A program made the translations under genes and the position numbers. Of a stretch of 64,000 bases of DNA, positions 26,401 through 39,427 are shown piece after piece. A model generated the notes under the pieces. That model was given only the letters and a program-made list of their open reading frames with translations, had not been told where the DNA came from and made no database searches. The stretch comes from Macrostomum hystrix. Lineage: Eukaryota > Animalia > Platyhelminthes. The DNA is taken from the NCBI GenBank assembly GCA_950097015.1, contig CATNEN010000001.1:11346001-11410000 (forward strand). Reading direction: 5' to 3'. Each line of letters starts with the position of its first letter. Within the stretch, counting starts at the first letter, position 1.

Positions 26401-28803
26401 AAGCTCGCATCCACCAATCGATCGTCGTCTGCATCTTCGTGGACTTTCTGAAGGCCTTCGATTCGGTGTCGAGGCGAGTCATTGCGACCATCCTGCGTGC
26501 GTACCATGTGCCTGAGCAGCTGGTAATGGCTGTGATGGCCCTGTACCATGAGACCAAGGCGGCAGTCGTGACGCCAGACGGTCTGTCGGACTTTTTCGAC
26601 ACGTCCTCTGGCGTGCTGCAGGGGGACACTCTGGCGCCCTTCCTGTTCGTCCTGGTCCTGGACTGGGTGCTGCGCGTCAGCCTTCCTGATGACTCCAATG
26701 GCTTTTTGCTCTGTCGCAGAACAAGCAGGCGACATCCCGAGAAGCGGCTCTCCGTTCTGGCCTACGCAGACGATCTGGCGCTGCTTTCAAGCTCTGCGGA
26801 AGGAGCCCAACGACTGCTGGACAAGCTGACGGCCGCGGCAGCCGTGGTCGGTCTGTCTGTGAACGCCAAGAAGACGATGGTGCTTACCGTCCCGGCAGAC
26901 CTGCCCGCTGAGATCCGCTGTCGTAATGCGAACGGGCAGGCGGCGATGCTGCCTCGCTGCACGACATTCACCTACCTCGGCGGTCTGGTGCCAAGCGTGC
27001 AGGACGACATCGCTCGGCGCAGGGCGCTCGCCTGGGGGGCGTTTCGCTCCCTGCGAACTTTACTGCAGTGTCCCGCGCTGCCAGACCGGCTGAGGAGGCG
27101 TCTGTACCAGGCCGTCATCGAAACTGTGCTCCTGTACAACGCCCACACGTGGACCCTGACCAGCTCACAGGAGCGGCAGCTGGACGCCGCGCACGCTGCA
27201 CTTCTGCGCGCTGCCTTCGGAGTCCACTACTCGCCGAACTCCACGACCAACATCAGCAACGACGAGCCGTACCACCGGGCCCAGCTCTGCCGGCCAAGCC
27301 AGCTACTCCGCACCCAGCGCTTGCAGCTGGCCGGCCACGTTATCCGTGTGGCGCTGCCCAGAGCCCCTGCAAGATGTGCTGCTGCTTTCCCTGCAGGGAC
27401 CACGGCGGTGCGGCCAGGCGAGGACACCACGTTTCGTCGACCTGCTGCTGACTGATGCCGGCATCTCCGACCCTCGCGGACTGATCCTCCTGCGCAGTTC
27501 TGCGCTCGCGCGCGCTTTTTGACAGCTTCCCACTCTTTGGCCTCAGCCAGGGTTGCTGTAGTTTGTTGTTGTTGTTGTAAAGTGTGAAAAAAAATTTTCA
27601 GATGGTAGACTGTCATTCGGTTTAGGAGCTTTTGTGAAAATGGCAGCGGGTATTTAAAATAGCATGGTTTTTCTCTGTTCCAGACGTCACCAAACTCGTG
27701 CAGCGTTGCCCCGACTGCAATCAGCTACACCCACATAATGGTCAAGACAGTGATCTTTGGTCACCGTCAGGCTACCCCATTCCAGCGCGCATTCATATGG
27801 ATTGGGCCTACGTAAATATCACTGATAACACTTTGTCATCCGGGGCTCTTTCTCACCTTAGATAGAGGCCTTCCCATGCCGCGATCGGGCAACCGATTCC
27901 GTCATACATTGCCTCAGAACCGTATTCACACGATTTGGCGTTCTGGAGACAGTAGTGTCGGACAACGCACCCGAGTTTATAGCAGACCCACTCACCTCAT
28001 GGTTGCGCGCCAACGGCGATGTCTTAAGACCTCGAGCCTACTTTCAGTTTCGTTTAGAACCTTTGAACTTGCTAATCAATAAATACGCACAATAAACGTG
28101 CCTTGTCAAACACACGTCATTTTCCCACAACCCAAACTCCATTCCACAATCCCAATCCCAGTATCAGCAGCGAATAGACTATGTGGTCTGCTATGGAGCC
28201 ACAGCCACCCGCTGGGATTTTTCTATACCAGATTTCAGCAGACTCACTCTCGAAAACTCGCCAGAAAAGTCGCGACCGAAGCTGCTGCTCGAAGTCATCC
28301 GCCTTCCACAGCCTCACGGCTCCGTCGGTTGGCGAGCCCAGCTGCCTCGACACGTGACTGCCGTTCGGCCCAGTCTGACCCGATGACTCATCGTTGATGA
28401 CGAGCATCTGGCAGACACGGCTGGTCTCATTCAGCACTGCGGCAGCGCAGCCTCTGTCATCGCACCAGTACAGGCACTCGGCAGCCGAGCGCAACCCGGA
28501 CTGGTTGACCAGACTGCTGCTCACCGACTCATTCAGAGTGAGGGAGCCGCTGGCATCTCGACGGAACACCGTCACACTCGAGGTTGTCACTGAGGAAGTG
28601 GATTCGGGTGCAAAATCATGGAAAATGATTTGCGAACAGTGAATGAAGAATGAAGCATGCAAATGCTGCGGCACAATGCTACGCATGCAGAAAGATCCGC
28701 GTCCGGAGCAGCTGGTGGATTGAATGGACTGCTCAAATGCCAACTGGGACTCACCTTCTGCAGTGTGAACAATGAGCAGGACTAAAAGTGTTTGGAGTCG
28801 CAT
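23425..28803 (-). CDS. Secreted PAN/Apple-domain + ALK/LTK-type glycine-rich-domain protein (~403 aa); exons 28803..28755, 28589..28248, 25292..24972, 23924..23425
   Basis: Signal-like MRLQTLLVLLIVHTAE; PAN-like SAAECLYWCDDRGCAAAVLNETSRVCQM; GRD motifs QLFSVP..CFRIEAFGAAGG, GGRGA...F.L...LDIVVGQAG, GGGGGSFVY, LLLAAGGGGG, GGFGGGG, GGGGGFSGG, GGGGGSF. The exons join in frame (1212 nt). Confidence 0.8.
26375..27455 (+). mobile_element. 5'-truncated non-LTR retrotransposon (RTE-like) reverse transcriptase, antisense within an intron of the PAN-GRD gene
   Basis: FVDFLKAFDSV, GVLQGDTLAPFLF, LAYADDL, FTYLG and ETVLLYNAHTWTLT motifs; no endonuclease domain; the 3' end is frameshifted. Confidence 0.9.
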
Positions 28804-29639
28804 TGCAAGTCTCACAGTGAAGTCACTTTGAGTCGAGCTGCTAGGGTTTGAGTCAAGTTGCGTCCGCAGCTGAAATGCAGAGTACATTTCGAAGTGAAGT
28901 ACTTTAACATGTCACACAAAAAGGATTTTCCTCGTGTAATTTTCCGGCAATGTCGGCCGGAAAAATGCCGGCATTAACTGCCGGAACAGAAATGACAAGC
29001 AGTTCTGACCAAAGGTGCCTATTCTTAGTTGCTAGGCTATAGTTTTAACATGGCAACAAAAGGCAAGATGACAATGGCGTATGTCGTCCAGACAAGTCAC
29101 CAACCTAGCGATGCTTCACTCAAACTGGAATTGTAAGTCATTTTTATAATACTTCTAGGAGACAGAATGACGCGTCACTCACCAACTAGCAACACGGCAA
29201 CAACCGGAGCGAAAGATATTTATCGATTTGCAAATACTTTTCTTTATAGGCTATTACTATAGCCTTGGCAATGGATGCGATTTGTGAAATTGCTGAAACT
29301 GAGTTGACAGAAAATTTATAGTTTGAATGTCCTGGGAATTCTGTCAGATGTCGCCTCCTAGCAAAGATGAGTTCTTGCTAATTAAGTAAGCTATTTGCAG
29401 GCAACAAAAGAACTACGAAGCTGTTTGCTGAGGTATCTTAATTATGTGGCATTTCCTGCGACAGCTTTTAGATTGAGATTTCAAAACCTGCTCGGGAATT
29501 CTAACAGAGCAATCTATTTTACAGCTTCTTTTTCATATACTCATTTAAATAAAAGAAACTTGACTAAATAAGCGGCAAAGTTATGGCTCCGTACTAGACA
29601 GTGCTTCTGAAATACAAAAATATAAGTAACATGATATTA

Positions 29640-29785
29640 TAATAATATTAATTGCAGGAGGGCTGCGGGCAATGGCACATCATCTGGTGACACTCTAGAC
29701 CTGCAGCCAGCGAGGAGGCAATTCTGCGATCCGTTTCGCTGACTCCTGAGCACACACGCAAAGAGATACCGTACGCAGGTACCAC
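29640..29785 (-). mobile_element. 3' fragment of the SINE family seen full-length at 47189
   Basis: Reverse complement shares gtgctcaggagtcagcgaaa...gcagaattgcctcctcgctggctgc...gatgtgccattgcccgcagccctcctgcaatta. Confidence 0.75.
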
Positions 29786-30248
29786 ATCTCATTCCCACAA
29801 CCACCTCACTCAGCCGACCATTTCACTCGATCAACCGACCATCTCACTCGTTATAACCCTACATTATTCCACCAAAACAGTATCGCATGCTTGAATGATA
29901 AATGTTTTATGCTTTCGTCTAGTTTTCGTCTATGGTCGAAATATCACCCAGGCAGAGCATTGAATTTCAAGTGCTCTATCAGCTTACATGTTTGCAAAGT
30001 TGGTCATAGATTAAAGGTAATTTTTGCACTTTAACTTTTTTTGTTTTTTACTTTCAGGCAATTACTTTAATACAACGGCTTGTATCGCATGCAATGACAT
30101 TTTTCTGTCTTTTGTCGTCCAACAAAAAGTTGCGTAGGCTCATTAGGCGGCAGTTAATTATAATTGTAAAAACTTCAGCAATCTTTTGTGATAAAGCAGA
30201 AAGAAAAATAGCAACATCTGGTCGCATCTCCGAACCATCATTTTCTTA

Positions 30249-32323
30249 CCATTTCCTTTCAATGTTTTCCTACAACTCAATTTTATTAGAATAATTTCAT
30301 TTGCCTAATCACTGCCAGCAACCAGCAGCTACGAGCGAATCTACCGTGCGTCATATTGTTTACTCTAAATTGTAAGCTCTCAACCGAGGCTAAATTGGTT
30401 ACTTGCTTCATTTTGGTTTAAATCCTTGCCCTATTTTTATGATTCTTATCGCCCAATGTCTGCATCTGGCTGTTAAAAGCTTAACTTTTGAATTTTACAT
30501 CTGGAGCGTCAGAGGCATTCACCAAAAAACGAATATGCTGCACTGATATTTAAAGTAATGCGATTCGTACCTGAGTTTACTCCGAAACTTTTTAAAATTA
30601 TCAGTCCATAAATAAGTTTTCAAATTCTACCAATCAGCATCCACTCTGACCAATCAGCATCCACTCTGACCAATCAGCATCCACTCTGACCAATCAGCAT
30701 CCACTCTGACCAATCAGCATCCACTCTGACCAATCAGCATCCACTCTGACCAATCAGCATCCACTCTGACCAATCAGCCTCCACTCTGACCAATCAGCCT
30801 CCACTCTGACCAATCAGCATCCACTCTGACCAATCAGCATCCACTCTGACCAATCAGCATCCACTCTGACCAATCAGCATCCACTCTGACCAATCAGCAT
30901 CCACTCTGACCAATCAGCATCCACTCTGACCAATCAGCATCCACTCTGACCAATCAGCATCCACTCTGACCAATCAGCATCCACTCTGATCAATCAGCAT
31001 CCACTCTGACCAATCAGCATTCACTCTGACCAATCAGCATCCACTCTGACCAATCAGCATCCACTCTGACCAATCAGCATCCACTCTGACCAATCAGCAT
31101 CCACTCTGACCAATCAGCATTCACTCTGACCAATCAGCATCCACTCTGACCAATCAGCATCCACTCTGACCAATCAGCATCCACTCTGACAAATCAGCAT
31201 CCACTCTGACCAATCAGCATCCACTCTGACCAATCAGCATCCACTCTGACCAATCAGCATCCACTCTGACCAATCAGCATCCACTCTGACCAATCAGCAT
31301 CCACTCTGACCAATCAGCATCCACTCTGACCAATCAGCATCCACTCTGACCAATCAGCATCCACTCTGATCAATCAGCATCCACTCTGACCAATCAGCAT
31401 TCACTCTGACCAATCAGCATCCACTCTGACCAATCAGCATCCACTCTGACCAATCAGCATCCACTCTGACCAATCAGCATCCACTCTGACCAATCAGCAT
31501 TCACTCTGACCAATCAGCATCCACTCTGACCAATCAGCATCCACTCTGACCAATCAGCATCCACTCTGACAAATCAGCATCCACTCTGACCAATCAGCAT
31601 CCACTCTGACCAATCAGCATTCATTCTGACCAATCAGCATCCACTCTGACCAATCAGCATCCACTCTGACCAATCAGCATCCACTCTGACCAATCAGCAT
31701 CCACTCTGACCAATCAGCATCCTCTGCTCTCATGAAAAGTCACAAGTCACTGAAGTCGGGTCTCGTCGTATGAGGTGGCAGAAAAAATGAAGGCAATGTT
31801 ACGCAGGCCATACTGATATCGCATGCTCTGTATAATTCTGGCTCAAAAAGCAGACTTGGAAACAAAATTTGGGCCACTCAAATGTTCGATTCGGCCTCTT
31901 GAGCACATGAGCTCAGTCTCGGCTGCGGGACTTCCTCAGCTGCAGCCGAAGGTCAGCTCGGTGCTCCGAAGCCAGCATCTGCAGGCGAGTGAAGATTGGC
32001 GCTCAGGTAAAAATTAGCTCTGTCTCCGAGAGCATGCCTGTAGGGCTGCGTTCTCGTGATTTTAATTTCCTCAACATTAATTTGATCCTTGTTCTGTGCG
32101 TTTCCCTCTTCACTGCTGCCTTGAGTGTGTTACTGCAAACTGCACCAGTGTGCGTGTGCTCAGGAGCGGAATGGACAGAATTGCGTGTCGCTGGCTGCGG
32201 GTCCAATGACTCAAAATTGTGTGCCAGTGCCTACAGTTCCCTGCAATACCCTAAGTCCCCATTACCTAACCGTCTTCCCGTCCTCTCACCCTTGCCCGTC
32301 TCCCACCTGTCCCTCAGCGAGGC
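30249..32323. repeat. Left arm of an inverted segmental duplication (partner 41967..43196)
   Basis: Near-identical reverse complement; the ORF-track peptides at 31823/42467 and 31989/42301 match. Confidence 0.93.
30629..31721. repeat. 20-bp CCAAT-containing satellite (gaccaatcagcatccactct), ~55 copies
   Basis: Tandem array; inverted copies at 42568-42802 and 49247-49553. Confidence 0.97.
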
Positions 32324-33403
32324 TGTTAGACAGAGTCTGTCACCTATTAGACAGAGTCTGTCACCTGTTAGACAGAGTCTGTCACCTGTTAGACAGAGTC
32401 TGTCACCTATTAGACAGAGTCTGTCACCTGTTAGACAGAGTCTGTCACCTGTTAGACAGAGACTGTCACCTGTTAGACAGAGTCTGTCACCTGTTAGACA
32501 GAGACTGTCACCTGTTAGACAGAGACTGTCACCTGTTAGACAAAGACTGTCACCTGTTAGACAAAGACTGTCACCTGTTAGACAAAGACTGTCACCTGTT
32601 AGACAAAGACTGTCACCTCTTAGACAAAGTCTGTCACCTGTTAGACAAAGTCTGTCACCTATTAGACAGAGACTGTCACCTGTTAGACAGTCTGTCACCT
32701 GTTTGACAGAGTCTGTCACCTGTTAGACAGAGACTGTCACCTGTTAGACAGAGTCTGTCACCTGTTAGACAGAGTCTGTCACCTGTTAGACAGAGACTGT
32801 CACCTATTAGACAGAGACTGTCACCTATTAGACAGAGTCTGTCACCTGTTAGACAAAGTCTGTCACCTATTAGACAGAGACTGTCACCTATTAGACAGAG
32901 ACTGTCACCTGTTAGACAGAGTCTGTCACCTATTAGACAGAGACTGTCACCTGTTAGACAGAGACTGTCACCTATTAGACAGAGACTGTCACCTGTTAGA
33001 CAGAGACTGTCACCTGTTAGACAGAGTCTGTCACCTGTTAGACAGAGTCTGTCACCTGTTAGACAAAGACTGTCACCTGTTAGACAAAGTCTGTCACCTA
33101 TTAGACAGAGACTGTCACCTATTAGACAGAGTCTGTCACCTGTTAGACAAAGTCTGTCACCTATTAGACAGAGACTGTCACCTATTAGACAGAGACTGTC
33201 ACCTGTTAGACAGAGTCTGTCACCTGTTAGACAGAGTCTGTCACCTATTAGACAGAGACTGTCACCTATTAGACAGAGTCTGTCACCTGTTAGACAAAGT
33301 CTGTCACCTATTAGACAGAGACTGTCACCTATTAGACAGAGACTGTCACCTGTTAGACAGAGACTGTCACCTGTTAGACAGAGACTGTCACCTGTTAGAC
33401 AGA
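32324..33403. repeat. 21-bp satellite (gttagacagagtctgtcacct), ~51 copies
   Basis: Tandem array; inverted short arrays at 41165-41325 and 52695-52862. Confidence 0.97.
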
Positions 33404-34180
33404 TCTTAGATTCTAGATTCCCTGCTGCTATCCATGATATCTAGCGCTATATTCTTTAGTTTTATGTTCTCATTCGAATTATTATACTTTCAAAATACAG
33501 AAAAACAATGATTGCTTTCCTGCAAGAAAAAAACGCTAAGTTTGTTAAGAGTAATCCTATTAGCTAGTATACAAATATTATCTCCTAGTTTTGAATCTAA
33601 TAACGATTACAGCAATGCTCGGAACACATTTCTTTAGTTTAGAATATAAAATAACGTATAACATAACAGCTACGTATGCTCTGAAAACAGCTTCGTCATT
33701 TATTTTATAATCCTATTGAATATTGCTTGCAAGAATGCTTGAAAAACGTTAAAATTAAAAATGAACCGAGCTTTGCTCAAAGTATTTTTGAATCTAAAAA
33801 ACGCTGGCAGAAATGCTCGAGAATTATTTTCTCAGTTTTGTATCGAATAAAAGTTGCTGCTGCACTCAAAAAAATATTTTTTCTTTTCTCAGAGCGAGAA
33901 ACTTAATTATTTGCTTTGACAGTAGCTCATTATATCACCAGTTCGTTGTACAATAAAAACCTAAAAGAGAATAATGAAAAACTTATACGAACCGTACTGA
34001 CATTTTTAACTGTTGAGGATAGACTATTACTCAATATATCATGCTACCCCTCGATAATTTATGCAAGCCAGTTAATAAATATCATTCTACCCCCTTGATA
34101 AATTATGCTTCCACCTAGATAATTCATGCTTTTTCATTTATAATTCATCTTTCCCCTAAAAAATGCATGACTCCACCTAG

Positions 34181-37083
34181 ATAATTAATGCTTTCCATCG
34201 ATAATTCATGCTTTCCATCGATAATTCATGCTTTCCATCGATAATTCATGCTTTCCATCGATAATTCATGCTTTCCATCGATAATTAATGCTTTCCATCG
34301 ATAATTAATGCTTTCCATCGATAATTAATGCTTTCCATCGATAATTAATGCTTTCCATCGATAATTCATGCTTTCCATCGATAATTAATGCTTTCCATCG
34401 ATAATTCATGCTTTCCATCGATAATTAATGCTTTCCATCGATAATTCATGCTTTCCATCGATAATTCATGCTTTCCATCGATAATTCATGCTTTCCATCG
34501 ATAATTAATGCTTTCCATCGATAATTCATGCTTTCCATCGATAATTCATGCTTTCCATCGATAATTCATGCTTTCCAACGATAATTCATGCTTTCCATCG
34601 ATAATTCATGCTTTCCAACGATAATTCATGCTTTCCATCGATAATTCATGTTTTCTATCGATAATTCATGCTTTCCATCGATAATTCATGCTTTCCATCG
34701 ATAATTCATGCTTTCCATCGATAATTCATGCTTTCCATCGATAATTCATGCTTTCCATCGATAATTAATGCTTTCCATCGATAATTCATGCTTTCCATCG
34801 ATAATTAATGCTTTCCATCGATAATTAATGCTTTCCATCGATAATTCATGCTTTCCATCGATAATTCATGCTTTCCATCGATAATTCATGCTTTCCATCG
34901 ATAATTCATGCTTTCCATCGATAATTCATGCTTTCCATCGATAATTCATGCTTTCCATCGATAATTCATGCTTTCCATCGATACTTCATGCTTTCCATCG
35001 ATAATTCATGCTTTCCATCGATAATTCATGCTTCCTATCGATAATTCATGCTTTCCATCGATAATTCATGCTTTCCATCGATAATTAATGCTTTCCATCG
35101 ATAATTCATGCTTTCCATCGATAATTCATGCTTTCCATCGATACTTCATGCTTTCCATCGATAATTCATGCTTTCCATCGATAATTCATGCTTCCTATCG
35201 ATAATTCATGCTTTCCATCGATAATTAATGCTTTCCATCGATAATTCATGTTTTCCATCGATAATTCATGCTTTCCATCGATAATTCATGCTTTCCATCG
35301 ATAATTCATGCTTTCCATCGATAATTCATGCTTTCCATCGATAATTCATGTTTTCCATCGATAATTCATGCTTTCCATCGATAATTCATGCTTTCCATCG
35401 ATAATTCATGCTTTCCATCGATAATTCATGCTTTCCATCGATAATTCATGCTTTCCATCGATAATTCATGCTTTCCATCGATAATTCATGCTTTCCATCG
35501 ATAATTCATGCTTTCCATCGATAATTCATGCTTTCCATCGATAATTCATGTTTTCCATCGATAATTCATGCTTCCCATCGATAATTCATGTTTTCCATCG
35601 ATAATTCATGCTTCCCATCGATAATTCATGTTTTCCATCGATAATTCATGTTTTCCATCGATAATTCATGCTTTCCATCGATAATTCATGCTTTCCATCG
35701 ATAATTCATGCTTTCCATCGATAATTCATGTTTTCCATCGATAATTCATGCTTTCCATCGATAATTCATGCTTTCCATCGATACTTCATGCTTTCCATCG
35801 ATAATTCATGCTTTCCATCGATAATTCATGTTTTCCATCGATAATTCATGCTTTCCATCGATAATTCATGCTTTCCATCGATAATTCATGCTTTCCATCG
35901 ATAATTCATGCTTTCCATCGATAATTCATGTTTTCCATCGATAATTCATGCTTTCCATCGATAATTCATGTTTTCCATCGATAATTCATGCTTTCCATCG
36001 ATAATTCATGTTTTCCATCGATAATTCATGCTTTCCATCGATAATTCATGCTTTCCATCGATAATTCATGCTTTCCATCGATAATTCATGCTTTCCATCG
36101 ATAATTCATGCTTTCCATCGATAATTCATGCTTCCCATCGATAATTCATGCTTTCCATCGATAATTCATGCTTTCCATCGATAATTCATGCTTTCCATCG
36201 ATAATTCATGCTTTCCATCGATAATTCATGCTTTCCATCGATAATTCATGTTTTCCATCGATAATTCATGCTTTCCATCGATAATTCATGCTTTCCATCG
36301 ATAATTCATGCTTTCCATCGATAATTCATGCTTTCCATCGATAATTCATGTTTTCTATCGATAATTCATGTTTTCCATCGATAATTCATGCTTTCCATCG
36401 ATAATTCATGCTTTCCATCGATAATTCATGCTTTCCATCGATAATTCATGCTTTCCATCGATAATTCATGCTTTCCATCGATAATTCATGCTTTCCATCG
36501 ATAATTCATGTTTTCTATCGATAATTCATGTTTTCCATCGATAATTCATGTTTTCCATCGATAATTCATGTTTTCCATCGATAATTCATGCTTTCCATCG
36601 ATAATTCATGCTTTCCATCGATAATTCATGCTTTCCATCGATAATTCATGCTTTCCATCGATAATTCATGCTTTCCATCGATAATTCATGCTTTCCATCG
36701 ATAATTAATGCTTTCCATCGATAATTCATGCTTTCCATCGATAATTCATGCTTTCCATCGATAATTCATGCTTTCCATCGATAATTCATGCTTTCCATCG
36801 ATACTTCATGCTTTCCATCGATAATTCATGCTTCCTATCGATAATTCATGCTTTCCATCGATAATTCATGCTTTCCATCGATAATTCATGCTTTCCATCG
36901 ATAATTCATGCTTTCCATCGATAATTCATGCTTTCCATCGATAATTCATGCTTTCCATCGATAATTCATGTTTTCCATCGATAATTCATGCTTCCCATCG
37001 ATAATTCATGTTTTCCATCGATAATTCATGCTTTCCATCGATAATTCATGCTTTCCATCGATAATTCATGCTTTCCATCGATA
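34181..37083. repeat. 20-bp satellite (ataattcatgctttccatcg), ~145 copies
   Basis: Long homogeneous array with degenerate flanking units. Confidence 0.98.
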
Positions 37084-37274
37084 ACTTATTCTTCGCCTGG
37101 ATATTTCACTCTTTCCCTTTCGATAATTACTACTTACCCCTCGATGCGAGCTTTATTTCACCGATAATTCATGCTACCAAATCGATAATTTCTGTTCTTC
37201 TTTAATAATTCATGCTACCCCTTGGTAATTTATGCTTTTCCCACGTTAATTCATGCTTCCCCTCGTTAATACTA

Positions 37275-37650
37275 TCCTGAAGTGCCTAGTAAGAGACGCA
37301 GATGTACTAGCAGCTAGGAACAGCCCCGAAAACATTGCACTGAGGCGTGAGCATGCCGAACGGCTCCTTGGCCTTCCAGCTGACTGTCATTTGATTTACG
37401 TTGGTGAAACAGGTTTTAACTTGTGGAAACGACGTGGTCAAGGTCGCAGTATGAGGGGTCAACGAGTGCGCCGCGTAGTTCATACGCAACGCGGCATCCA
37501 AGTGAACATCTTCCAAGCCATTTCATCAAATCCTGGCCTCAGGTTTCAAGGCTGTATCGAACGACTGGTCATGAAAGTTAGTGGTTGCCACGATGTACAG
37601 CCTCAGCAGCAGTTCTACATAGTAATGGACGGAGCAAGGATTTCATAATG
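37275..37650 (+). mobile_element. Degenerate Tc1/IS630-like (DDE_3) transposase fragment
   Basis: RNSPENIALRRE..., IYVGETGFNLW (first catalytic D changed to G), GRS.RGQR, FYIVMDGARI (normally MDNA). Confidence 0.65.
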
Positions 37651-39427
37651 CGGCGTTCGAATTTAGGAAGTCATCGAGGAGAACTGTTTTTTATGACATT
37701 TTTCCTTATAATGTTCCTATTCCAGTTTTTTTCATGAGATTATGCTAATCTCAAGCGACAGCGAAACGAATTGAATTTCGCTCAAGGACAACTAAATAAC
37801 TCTGGACCGGAAACAAGACAATTCATGGCGAAAAAATGTATGAGGCTCGTTTAAAAGCATCGTTCTAGCTCACTCCATCCCTCCTCGATCGCACTACACA
37901 ATTTGATTTCCTCGAATCCTTGATTTCGGTATAGTGGATTAAATTGATCACTGCTCCTAGGACCAATTTGATCGGGATGTGCTATACAAAAAGTCTGAAG
38001 AAACGTCAGTCTAAGTTGCTATATCTATATAAATTCATTAATTTACCATAGACTATGCAGAAAGTGTTAATCAATCGACTTTTAAAATTGTCATCACCAA
38101 TTATTACGGATTGTAGAGAATAAATTGTCTATACTAGCTAAAGCAAGATAGAAAACGCATTCCCTATCTGCCCAAGAGCCTTGAGATCGCGCTGTGATGT
38201 AAGTATCTGTTTTAATTAATGAATTTATTTTTCATGCACATGGAATGCAAAATATAAAAGACCCCCACCTCACTCCAGGACCCCAGAACAACCACCCCAC
38301 TCCAAGACACACCTATCTTACTCTAAAACTAATGCATTACAAATAAATGACGTCGCCCCTTTTCGCGTCTAGCTTAAGAAGGCGCTACCGGGGATAGCGA
38401 TAGGAGATTCCGGCCTCATCCCCCCGTAACTACTCCACCTCTGATGACATTGGTAGCTTTGGGATGTGACTGACTGGTAAAGATCCCAGGGACCAAGGGG
38501 AGAAGACCGTGCAGGGTTGTGAGTAGGTAGGACCTGCTAGACAGGGTTGCCACCAGCCACCTTCAGGACAGGACAACCAACTGACCCTGATGAAACAGGG
38601 CTTCCTCTCTAAAAGAGGATGTACTTTAGGCTCATCCCTAAAGTCCATGGCCGAAGCCAGGGACTCTATGCGAGGAATTGTCAGGGAATAGACAGTTTAG
38701 CATGACTTTTGCATAGGGGATTGTTAGGGATGCAGCAAGGATAGAGGGCCCGAGCCAGGTCGCCAGTTGTCCATATAGAAACAGCTCTTAAGGTATTATT
38801 AGGCCTGGGCCTGGGACGTTGGCCGCTTGGCAACCTGATCTAGATATCTAGACCGCTTGGCAACCTGATCTTCTAGATATTGAAATTAATAACAGTTCAA
38901 CATACAAAGTAACATAAAGTTGAGATAGAGACGGAGATGAGGTGGCCTGATGAACTAGTGAAATTCTGATGCTGTCAGGTCGGGCTGTCAGATGTAAGCC
39001 TCATGTGGTTTGAGGTGGGCTCAGGCGGTCAGGCCGATGTAAGCGAGACGAGGTCTCAGCCTAGATGAAGACACCACAACGACGAGAGACGTTAAAAAGG
39101 TCTGAAGATGTAGTTGGTTGAGTAAAGACGCGAAAATAAACAGGTCACGACACGATTGACAACCGTAGAAGATAACGTTAAGTCTCAAGGGGCAGGCCGG
39201 GAAGTCTAGATAAACCCGAGGTGTATCGCAAATTTATGACATAAAACACAGAGAATAGGAAATGAGGAGTTTGATTTAATACAACTAATAGGGAGAATAA
39301 AAAAGTTTACAGCCCCTCAAAGTCGCTGTTACACCAGAAACATATTGTATCCTGCTTACAAGCAAGCTGTTCTTAAACCACATCATTTTAAGAAGCGACT
39401 TCTAATCAGGCTATTTGGCTGTAAACA

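Noticed and set aside
38940-39005. Hammerhead ribozyme-like core (ctgatga-actagt-gaaa)
   Set aside because: I could not build properly paired stems I and III around a valid cleavage triplet.
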